Shown one piece after another: positions 49,120 through 57,145 of a stretch of DNA of 64,000 nt. Numbering within the stretch: the stretch's first letter is position 1; each line of letters opens with the position of its first letter. Origin of the DNA: an uncultured Acidobacteriota bacterium (GTDB lineage: Bacteria; Acidobacteriota; UBA4820; DSQY01); NCBI GenBank assembly GCA_963724125.1, contig CAVRTJ010000006.1, positions 17,780 to 81,779 on the forward strand. Direction: 5' to 3'. The position numbers and the translations under genes are program-made. The notes beneath the pieces were generated by a model, which was given only the letters and a program-made list of their open reading frames with translations, was not told the DNA's origin and made no database searches.

Positions 49120-50418
49120 ATGGCTAAAGCTGCAACGATTGCCCTCAAGTGCGGTGTGGTCGGCGCGGGAGGAGCGGGCTTCCCCACGCACGTCAAACTC
49201 GGCGCACGAGCCGATACCTTTGCCGTCAACGCGGCCGAATGCGAGCCCCTGCTTTACAAAGACCAGGAAATATTGGAGAACTTTCTGGGGCCGTTCAGTG
49301 AGGGCCTCCTGCTCTGCGCCGAATCCGTGGGTGCGGACCGGGTCCTGATCGGCATCAAAGAAAAACACGCCACCCTCATCGAGCGCCTGCGGGACGAGTT
49401 GCCTCCGGGCGTGGAAGTGTGCCCGCTGAAGGATACCTATCCGTCGGGCGACGAGCACATCCTCGTCTACGAAACAACGGGCAGGGCCATCCCGAAGGGC
49501 GGCCTCCCACTCGATGTCAACGTCGTAGTCAACAACGTGGAAACGGTCTTGAACGTCGGCCTGCAGAAGCCGGTCACGGAAACGTTCGTGACCGTTTCCG
49601 GTGCGGTGCCCGAGGTCCTGACCTTCAAGGTACCCATAGGCGCCTCGTTTGCCGACGTCCTGGCGGCCGCCGGCGCTCCGATGCAGGATATGGGATTCGT
49701 CATCAACGGCCCCATGATGGGGCGAGTCACCACCGACCTTTCCGAGCCTGTCACAAAGACCACTTCGGGGATCCTTGTCTTGCCCCTCGGACACTCGCTG
49801 CTGCAGAGGAAAACCCGAACGAAGCAAACGGTGCACAAGATCGCCTATACATGCGATCAATGCATGCGCTGTTCTGACTTCTGCCCCAGGGATCTCCTCG
49901 GACACATCGTCAAGCCTCACAAGGCCATGATCTCGGTCGGTTTTTCGGCCGAAGAGGCCACCGCCTGGCAGGAAACGGCACTCTACTGTTGCGAATGCGC
50001 CCTCTGCACTCTCTACGCGTGCCCGGAAGACCTGGATCCCTTTCGTATCATGGTCGAGAGCAAGCGGGCACTCATGGCCAGGGGTGTCAGGCCCAGGAAG
50101 GAAGAGGTCCAACCTCTCGCCATGTACGACTACCGGAGAACCCCCACGAAGCTCCTCATGAGACGCCTTGACCTGACGCGCTTCGACGCTCCGCACCGGT
50201 TCGAACAGAGGGAAGTCTCTTCCCCGGTGCTGCGCATCCCGCTAAAACAACACACGGGAGCCCCTTCCCTGCCTGTCGTCGCGTCCGGCGATCGCGTCGA
50301 ACCCGGCCAGCTTATCGCCGAGATTCCGAAGGACAGCCTGGGGGCCAGGATCTTCGCCCCCAGGAGAGGACACATCCTGTCCGTCGAGACTGACGGCATT
50401 ACTCTGGAGGTTTCATGA
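49120..50418 (+). CDS. pduS: PduS-like (RnfC-family) flavo-iron-sulfur protein, a cobalamin-reductase-type microcompartment electron-transfer protein.
   Basis: GVVGAGGAGFPTHVKL (NuoF/RnfC-type nucleotide site), SLBB region, two ferredoxin-type motifs CDQCMRCSDFCP and CCECALCTLYACP, C-terminal barrel-sandwich domain. Start codon overlaps the downstream gene (ATGA). Confidence 0.85.
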   Translation: MAKAATIALKCGVVGAGGAGFPTHVKLGARADTFAVNAAECEPLLYKDQEILENFLGPFSEGLLLCAESVGADRVLIGIKEKHATLIERLRDELPPGVEVCPLKDTYPSGDEHILVYETTGRAIPKGGLPLDVNVVVNNVETVLNVGLQKPVTETFVTVSGAVPEVLTFKVPIGASFADVLAAAGAPMQDMGFVINGPMMGRVTTDLSEPVTKTTSGILVLPLGHSLLQRKTRTKQTVHKIAYTCDQCMRCSDFCPRDLLGHIVKPHKAMISVGFSAEEATAWQETALYCCECALCTLYACPEDLDPFRIMVESKRALMARGVRPRKEEVQPLAMYDYRRTPTKLLMRRLDLTRFDAPHRFEQREVSSPVLRIPLKQHTGAPSLPVVASGDRVEPGQLIAEIPKDSLGARIFAPRRGHILSVETDGITLEVS

Positions 50419-51098
50419 GCCCAAGGATCCACCAGATAAAGACGGAGCGCAGAGCATCCGATCGACGCGCCCGGCCTGAGCGGGCCGGTTCAAAAGACTC
50501 CGGAAGTGCCGCCGGACCTACCTCCCGCCCCGCGGCACGCAACGCTATCGGGCTGCTCGAACTCACCTCCATCGCCAAGGGAATAGAAGCCACCGATATC
50601 ATGCTCAAGGAATCGGACGTCGAACTCCTCACGAGCCGTTCCATCTGTTCCGGGAAATACATGGTCCTCGTGCGCGGCGACGTGGCCGCCTGCACCTCTT
50701 CAGTGGCCGCCGGCGAAGCCCTCGGTCGCGAGACGGTGGCCGATTCCATCGTCATTCCCTACCTCCACGAGGAAGTGTTCCCGGCAATTTCCCAATCCGC
50801 GATGGTCGAGAATGTGGAGGCACTGGGCATTCTGGAGGCGTTCAACGTGGCCACGCTGATCGAGGGCGCGGACGCCGCGGTCAAGGCCGCCGAGGTGCAC
50901 CTCCTGGAAATCCGCATCGCGATGGCCCTCGGCGGAAAGGCGTTCTGTGTGGTCACGGGCGAGGTATCGGCCGTTCGCGCGGCCGTCGATGCGGGAAAGG
51001 CCGTCATCGGGGAAAAGGGCCTGCTCACGAACTGGGCCGTGATCCCGGCCCCCGATCCCAACCTCGTCAAAGAAGTCCTCGGCGGAAGGCTGGTGTGA
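50415..51098 (+). CDS. pduT: PduT-like tandem-BMC-domain shell protein (BMC-T) with a ~50-aa Arg/Ser/Pro-rich N-terminal extension.
   Basis: Two BMC domains (AIGLLELTSIAKGIEATDIMLKESDVELL..SICSGKYMVLVRGDVAA and ALGILEAFNVATLIEGADAAVKAAEVHLLEIRIAMALGGKAFCVVTGEVSAV). Conserved Cys in the SICSGK loop at the PduT Fe-S position. GGAGG RBS before the ATG at 50415. Confidence 0.85.
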   Translation: MSPRIHQIKTERRASDRRARPERAGSKDSGSAAGPTSRPAARNAIGLLELTSIAKGIEATDIMLKESDVELLTSRSICSGKYMVLVRGDVAACTSSVAAGEALGRETVADSIVIPYLHEEVFPAISQSAMVENVEALGILEAFNVATLIEGADAAVKAAEVHLLEIRIAMALGGKAFCVVTGEVSAVRAAVDAGKAVIGEKGLLTNWAVIPAPDPNLVKEVLGGRLV

Positions 51099-52504
51099 CC
51101 GATCGGAACTTTTCATGGGGTAGTCCAATGGGCTCTTTCGTTTATACCCACTGTGCGTTGAGAACCTCCGAACAAAAAGGATCCACGGGATTCGCAAGGG
51201 GTCTGTGTATTTTTGTCGCATTCTGCCTTGCCGCCCTGGGCGCCTTCGCCCAAGGTGCAACAGAGAATCCCCAGCCTCCGCCCGCAAAGCAGATCACCGG
51301 CGTCATCACGGAGAGTGGATTCACTCGGCTCAACGTTGCCCTGCCTCCCTGTAAAACGGATACGAAGACGTCTCAACAGGGCAGGCAGATCATTTCTGTG
51401 GTTCAGGATGATCTGGACTTTTCCGGCTACTTCGCCATCGTTCCCGCTTCCCTCTACGCCGGCATGAACCTCGGCGACTCCACCATGGATTACAACGCGT
51501 GGAAAGGCATGAAGGCCGATTACCTCCTACTGACCACCCTGTACAGGTCGGAGGGCCAACTCACGCTGGAAGGGCGACTCTACGACATAAAACGTGAGGA
51601 GATGGTCACCGGAAAGCGCATCAAGGCACCCGAGCACGAGATACGCGCGCTGGGACACAACATGTCTTCCGTCATCCTCGACTATCTTTTCGGCGCCGGG
51701 GCGTTCCCCACGAGCCACGTCCTCTTTACTTCGCACCTGGGCCGGACGGAGGACATTTTCCTCTGCGACTACGACGGGAAAAACTTGATCAGACTGACCG
51801 CCATGGGCCAGTTGAACGTCACTCCGGACGTTAACGCAAACGGCAGCCTCATGGTATTCACGTCCATCCTCAAGGACAGGCAGGAGATCTTCCTGCTCAA
51901 CAGGCAGGGAAAGCGGACCAAGTTGTACGGCGAGGGCGAAGGTCTGAATTCCAATCCCCGCTTTTCCCACGCGGGCAAGACCGTGGCTTTCTGCACGTCC
52001 CGATCGGGTAATCCCGACATTTGGACGATAGGGACGGACGGCAAGCACATGAAGAGGATCACCTTCTCTTGGGCCATCGACACGGCGCCCACGTGGTCTC
52101 CGGACGACCAGAAAATAGCGTTCACCTCCGACCGCTCCGGCTCCCCGCAGATCTACGTCATGGACAGAGACGGCGCCAATGTGAAGCGCCTCAGCCCCCC
52201 GGACAGCGGACGCTGCGACCAGCCATCGTGGTCTCCCCGAGGCGATAAGATTGCATACGCCAGTTTCAAGGACGGTCACTTCAACATAGCCGTCATCGAT
52301 CTCAATACCAACGAGGTGACCTACCTTACGCACGGGGAGGGCGACAACGAAGCGCCAAGCTGGTCTCCCGACGGCCGTTACCTCGCATTCGCGAGCAACC
52401 GATCGGGGAGCTACCAGATCTACATCATGCGCTGGGATGGAACGGGAGTGACCAGAATCACCCACCAGCCTGACTGCTACTCACCCTGCTGGTTCAAGGG
52501 ATAG
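51095..52504 (+). CDS. tolB: TolB-like periplasmic beta-propeller protein. Start uncertain: GTG 51095 overlapping the pduT stop, or ATG 51128, or TTG 51158.
   Basis: Signal peptide GLCIFVAFCLAALGAFAQG. TolB N-domain-like region. Repeated propeller blades with SP(D/R)G motifs (WSPDDQKIAFTSDRSGSPQIYVMD, PSWSPRGDKIAYAS, PSWSPDGRYLAFASNRSGSYQIYIM). Confidence 0.7.
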   Translation: MTDRNFSWGSPMGSFVYTHCALRTSEQKGSTGFARGLCIFVAFCLAALGAFAQGATENPQPPPAKQITGVITESGFTRLNVALPPCKTDTKTSQQGRQIISVVQDDLDFSGYFAIVPASLYAGMNLGDSTMDYNAWKGMKADYLLLTTLYRSEGQLTLEGRLYDIKREEMVTGKRIKAPEHEIRALGHNMSSVILDYLFGAGAFPTSHVLFTSHLGRTEDIFLCDYDGKNLIRLTAMGQLNVTPDVNANGSLMVFTSILKDRQEIFLLNRQGKRTKLYGEGEGLNSNPRFSHAGKTVAFCTSRSGNPDIWTIGTDGKHMKRITFSWAIDTAPTWSPDDQKIAFTSDRSGSPQIYVMDRDGANVKRLSPPDSGRCDQPSWSPRGDKIAYASFKDGHFNIAVIDLNTNEVTYLTHGEGDNEAPSWSPDGRYLAFASNRSGSYQIYIMRWDGTGVTRITHQPDCYSPCWFKG

Positions 52505-52530
52505 TACCGAGGGGGACACATAAATCTGTT

Positions 52531-54225
52531 ATGTTGAGGCATCTCAAGCTCCATGATTTCGCGCTTGTAAAGGACCTCGAACTGGAACCGGGGGAGGGTT
52601 TGTGTCTCCTCACGGGCGAAACGGGCGCGGGCAAGTCAATTCTCGTAGGCGCCGTCGGCCTTCTGTCGGGACAGCGCGCCGAGTCCGAAATGGTGCGAGA
52701 CGGAAGCGACGCAGCGGTCGTTGAAGGTTCCTTTCACGTTCAGCGGCACGCGCCGGAGGTATCGGCCCTGCTCGAGCAGTGGTCTCTCCCCTTCGATGGG
52801 GAAGTGATAGTCCGCCGCAGGGTGCTCAGAGAAGGCAGAAACGCCATCACGGTCAACGGCGGCGCGGTGACGCTTGCCCAACTCAAGGACCTGGGCGCTC
52901 ATCTCGTACAGGTCCACGGCCAGAACCAGGGACAGTCCCTTCTCGATGAGGAGGTCCACAGAAGCATACTCGACGGTCTGCCCGACGTGTCTCCAGCGGC
53001 CGGGGCGCTCGGGCTGTCGTTCGAGGCGCTCGAACAGGCCCTTCGCCTGTTGCGCGGCATTCAAAGGAGCGAGTCCGAGCGGGCACAGCGCCTTGACACG
53101 GTGGTCCTGCAAAGGGGCGAAATAGACCGCGTTGGTCCCAGCCCCGGCGAGGAGGACGAGCACCTAATCGCCAAAGCACGCATGCAGAACGCGGAGGACA
53201 TAGCCGAGGCAGCCAATGCCGTCGCCTCCCTCTTGCGGGACGACGAAGCGAGCGTCGCCTCCCAGCTCGCCGAAGCAAGGCGCAGACTGGGCGACCTTGG
53301 CGACATGGACCCCTCGTGGATCCCGTACATCAAGGACCTGGAGAATTCGGCCGATGTGCTGGCAACCATTGCCTCCGAGGCGGAACGAACCGCTTCCACC
53401 GTAAATTATGACCCGGAGGCGCTCGAGAGTGTCCTCCAACGGCTCGCCGACCTGGATGGCCTTAAGAAGAAATACGGTCCATCCCTCGACGAGGTGCTTG
53501 CCCACAGGAACGCCCTCGAAGAGGAATACGCCGAACTCACGGGCAGAGCCGTTTCTGAGGCCGAGGCCCTCAGGCGCCTGGACGGAGCCTTCGCGGGCTA
53601 CCAGGAAGCCGCCCGTGTCTTGTCCCGCCTCCGTGTCGCCGCGGCACGGTCCTTTTCAACATCGGTGGAGACTGCCCTCCGCCCGCTGGCCATGGACAAG
53701 GCCCGTTTTCAAGTGCAATTGCCTCCCCGCTCCATAGAGGACCCGAAACAGGCCAGTCGTCTGGGTAACGAGGACGTACGATTTCTCTTCTCCGCCAACC
53801 CGGGCGAATCTCCCAAAGCTCTCTCCAAAATAGCATCCGGCGGAGAGCTCAGTCGCTGCCTGCTGGCTTTGCTGACGGTCGCCCTGGGGGGTACCGCGCC
53901 CGATACGCTCGTCTTCGACGAAGTCGACGGGGGCATCGGCGGCCGCCCGGCTGAACGCGTCGGCCGCAGTCTCAGGAAGCTCGCCTCGAAACACCAGGTC
54001 CTGTGTATCACTCACTTGCCACAGATCGCCGCATTCTCCCACTGGCACGCAAAGGTCGAGGGGTAGGTCGATGCCGGCAGGACCGTCGTGGCGGCCCGGG
54101 TTCTCCCCGAAGCGGAAAAGGCGGACGAGATCGCCCGCATGCTGGCCGGCGAGACGATCAATGAAACCGCACGCCAGCACGCGCTTCAACTCATCAAGAC
54201 GTCGGAGAGATCCGAAGGACGGTGA
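52531..54225 (+). CDS. recN: DNA repair protein RecN, with an in-frame TAG at 54064-54066.
   Basis: Walker A LTGETGAGKSIL, coiled-coil middle, signature/Walker B region GGELSRCLLALLTVAL..LVFDEVDGGIGG, then HAKVEG-TAG-VDAGRTVVAARVLPEAEKADEIARMLAGE continuing in the same frame to the stop at 54223. Confidence 0.8.
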
Positions 54226-54277
54226 AATCTGGCTCCTCGGGCCGCCTTCATCGGCAGCCGGAGAGCCTTGAAGGCGC

Positions 54278-55010
54278 TTACCTCTGCGTGTAGCTGATGA
54301 CAAAGGACCGCGTATCCGGGCCACCGCCCTGGAGGGGACCCCATAGCCGCTCCTGGTCTTTCGCACTATCCGGGCCTTGAATTGTACGACCTTCAGCGGT
54401 ACCGTGCCGGGAACACCGAGGATGAGGGTGATCAAGGCATTCTGATCCAGATGCCCAGCGAGTACTATCTGCGCGCCCGAGAGCGAGATGTCCTTGAGGA
54501 TCCCTTTGAATTTTTCGCCCAACTGAGCGAGACAATGCAGGCCGTCTCGAATCTTTTGCGCACGGCCTTCCGATTCTCGGCTTCCGGATCCACCCTCACT
54601 GAAGGGGCGGTCCCACCCACGGGTCCCGTCGGCGCAGAACTCATCACGAATCTCAGAGCCTGCCTGAGAGTCTCCTCGCCGATCGGCCGGGCGATCAGCA
54701 GGCCCGCCCCGGCCGCGTGGGCGTCGGGTTCCAGGTCCCTGTCGGAGATAAGCAAGATGGGCAAGTCTTCGAAGCCGGCCTGTTTCTTCAGGGCCCGGAT
54801 CGTATCCAAACCTATGACCGCCTGCTTGTCGAGATCCACGACAAGCAGATCCGGCACGCCCTTGATGTACATGCCCTGGACGGCTTCCAGATCGCTGCCG
54901 AAACACTCGATCTTCGTTGACTCCGGATCGAGCGGCGATACCGCTCTCTTAAGCGTATTCAGTTCTGCGTCTTCTAAAACTGCCGTGATTTTCACCGTCC
55001 GCCCCCGCAA
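54278..55010 (-). CDS. Response-regulator receiver plus PilZ domain protein (second paralog), read across 2 frame changes. Start at GTG 54995 or TTG 55010.
   Basis: Receiver-like KITAVLEDAELNTLKRAV..VPDLLVVDLDKQAVIGLDTIRALKKQ..PILLISD. PilZ-like KFKGILKDISLSGAQIVLAGHLDQNALITLILGVPGTVPLKVVQFKARIVRKTRSGYG in another frame. Confidence 0.5.
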
Positions 55011-55094
55011 TCATGGACGAAGCCCTTGTAAGCGCAGATACTTCGACCCAACTTGAACAGCCACTCCTGATAAGCCGATTTAGTGTACCACAGG

Positions 55095-55850
55095 TCAGTC
55101 GGTCTTTGAAGCCTCGGGGCGCTTTCTGAAGAACCAGGATATGAGAATACCGACGCCGTACAGGACTAGCGGAACTGCTACTATGGTTTGGGTAACGGGA
55201 TCGCCCGAAGGCGTGATGACTGCCGATATGATGAATGCCAGGAGAATGGCCCACTTGTATTTCTTTAGAAGCGTCGTCGTCGAGACGATTCCCAGGCGGG
55301 TGAGCAAAAGGATGAGGATGGGCGTCTCGAAGGTGAGTCCTATCCCCAGCAGGAACATGAGCTCGAAGTTCCAGAAATAAGAGACCGTAACGATGTTCGT
55401 AAAGCCTTCGTTGTACTGGAAGAAAAAGCGGAAGGTGAACGGTAGGACGATATAGTAGCAAAAAGCAACGCCCGAAATAAAGAAGGCCGAGGTGGCCAGG
55501 ACGAAAGGCACCGCCCACTTCCGTTCCTTCTTCTTGAGCCCCGGCGCGATGAAGGCCCATAACTGGTAGAAAATCCACGGAGAGGCCGCGACGATGCTCA
55601 GAACCGCTGCGATCTTCATGTAGACGAAAAATACTTCCGTGACCCCCGTGTACGTCAGGCTCTGCTGGCCTTTTGGAAGATACTTGTAATAGGGCGCAAC
55701 CAGGACGGCCATTATCTTGTTGATGAAGAGGTAAACGATGAAAAAGGCGACCACCAGGCCGTAGAATGCGCGAAAAATGCGCACCCTCAGCTCTTCGAAA
55801 TGCTGGAGAAAGGTCATCTCTCCCTGGCGGTCCGATTTCTCAGCCGACAT
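55095..55850 (-). CDS. tatC: Twin-arginine translocase subunit TatC.
   Basis: MTFLQHFEELRVRIF, six TM helices and the TatC family pattern (PFTFRFFFQYN, GIVSTTTLLKKYKWAILLAFIISAVITPSGDPVTQ). Confidence 0.9.
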   Translation of the reverse strand: MSAEKSDRQGEMTFLQHFEELRVRIFRAFYGLVVAFFIVYLFINKIMAVLVAPYYKYLPKGQQSLTYTGVTEVFFVYMKIAAVLSIVAASPWIFYQLWAFIAPGLKKKERKWAVPFVLATSAFFISGVAFCYYIVLPFTFRFFFQYNEGFTNIVTVSYFWNFELMFLLGIGLTFETPILILLLTRLGIVSTTTLLKKYKWAILLAFIISAVITPSGDPVTQTIVAVPLVLYGVGILISWFFRKRPEASKTD

Positions 55851-55957
55851 CAGCCGCGTTCCTCCGGCGGACCTGGTATGGATGAATCTACGCCCTTTAC
55901 TCCAGACGTGGCCGTCTGCACGCGCTGCTCATCCTCTCCCACGCCGGATGCGGATTC

Positions 55958-56248
55958 TCATTCCTTCGGGGAGAGAATCTCCTCTGGGGGAGAGTTCGAG
56001 GCCTTTGGCTGCGGTGACGGGAGCGCCCCCTTCGGGCGTGCCGACGCGCGTTGCTCGGGTTCCTTCACATCCCGTTTGATGTCTTCCACTTCCCGTTCGA
56101 TGGTGTCCTGCAGTTCCGAGGTGGCCTTCTTGAACTCCCTGATAGCCTTTCCCAAGGCCTTTCCCATCTCCGGAAGCTTGGTGGGCCCGAACAGGAGAAG
56201 GGCTATGACGAGGATTACAAGAATCTCAGGACTACCTACGGATCCCAT
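55958..56248 (-). CDS. tatA: Twin-arginine translocase TatA/E-family subunit.
   Basis: MGSVGSPEILVILVIALLLFGPTKLPEMGKALGKAIREFKKA, then a Pro/Lys-rich tail. Confidence 0.85.
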   Translation of the reverse strand: MGSVGSPEILVILVIALLLFGPTKLPEMGKALGKAIREFKKATSELQDTIEREVEDIKRDVKEPEQRASARPKGALPSPQPKASNSPPEEILSPKE

Positions 56249-57083
56249 GTCGTTTCTCCGTATTCAGAGGGTAGAGGTTGCCCGATCGGAAGCCGTCAAG
56301 ATCCAGGGTGAAAAAGCGAAAACCCAGCTTTCTGAAGGTCTGGCAGATCTCGTCCCGGACTCCATTTTCGATGAACCGGGCCAGGTCGCACTCTTCGGCC
56401 TCGATACGGGCGGCGTCATCCAGAAGTCTTACCCGGCATTGCCTGAAACCTAAATCGTGAAGGGCGGTCTCTGCCTTCTCAACCTTCGATAGATCCTCGA
56501 GGGTGATAGGCCTGCCCGTCGGGAAACGAGAAGACAAACAGGCGCTCGCCGGCTTGTCCCACGTTCCGAGGGCCAGGTCGCGGGATCGTTGCCTCACGTC
56601 GTCCTTCCGAAAACCGGCCTCAAGCAGAGGCGCCCTCACACCCGCCTCCTTCGCAGCGTCCATTCCGGGCCGCCAGTCCCCTACGTCGTCCGCGATGGCG
56701 CCGAACAAGACCCACGGCAATCCCTTCTCCTCAGCAAGGCGCTCCATCGTTTCGAAGAGGGCCTGCTTGCAATAAAAGCACCTGTAAGCATCGTTTGCAA
56801 CAAACCGGGGATTCTTCATCTCCCGCGTCGCAACAATTTCGTGACGTATTCCGTGTGCCCGCGCAAAGTCCTCAGCCGCCTGCAATTCAGCTCGCGGCAG
56901 GGTCGGCGTGTCCGCCGTGACGGCCACGCACGCATCTCCGAGCGCGGCCGTGCCCTCGCAGGCAAGGAGAGCGGAATCCGCACCGCCGGAGAAGGCCACG
57001 AGAACCCCCGGGGACATGCTCTCAAGGATTTCGTGTAGCCGTCCGACTTTTTCTTCAAGGCCGTCTGTTTCGCGCATCACCAT
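56232..57083 (-). CDS. PP-loop ATP-pyrophosphatase of the LarE/TIGR00268 family (ATP-dependent sacrificial sulfur transferase-like).
   Basis: VLVAFSGGADSALLA PP-loop. NDAYRCFYCKQALF. GAIADDVGDWRPGMDAAKEAGVRAPL. WDKPASACLSSRFPTG. Confidence 0.75.
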   Translation of the reverse strand: MVMRETDGLEEKVGRLHEILESMSPGVLVAFSGGADSALLACEGTAALGDACVAVTADTPTLPRAELQAAEDFARAHGIRHEIVATREMKNPRFVANDAYRCFYCKQALFETMERLAEEKGLPWVLFGAIADDVGDWRPGMDAAKEAGVRAPLLEAGFRKDDVRQRSRDLALGTWDKPASACLSSRFPTGRPITLEDLSKVEKAETALHDLGFRQCRVRLLDDAARIEAEECDLARFIENGVRDEICQTFRKLGFRFFTLDLDGFRSGNLYPLNTEKRHGIRR

Positions 57084-57145
57084 AACTTGTGCCCAGGTTC
57101 CAATGTATTTTAAAGAGCTGGCTTTGGCAACGGCCCGACCGCTCC

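Noticed and set aside
54064-54066. Possibility that the recN in-frame TAG encodes pyrrolysine.
   Set aside because: No pyl genes or a PYLIS-like context visible in the window. A point error or nonsense mutation is far more likely, and only a genome-wide pyl search could revive this.
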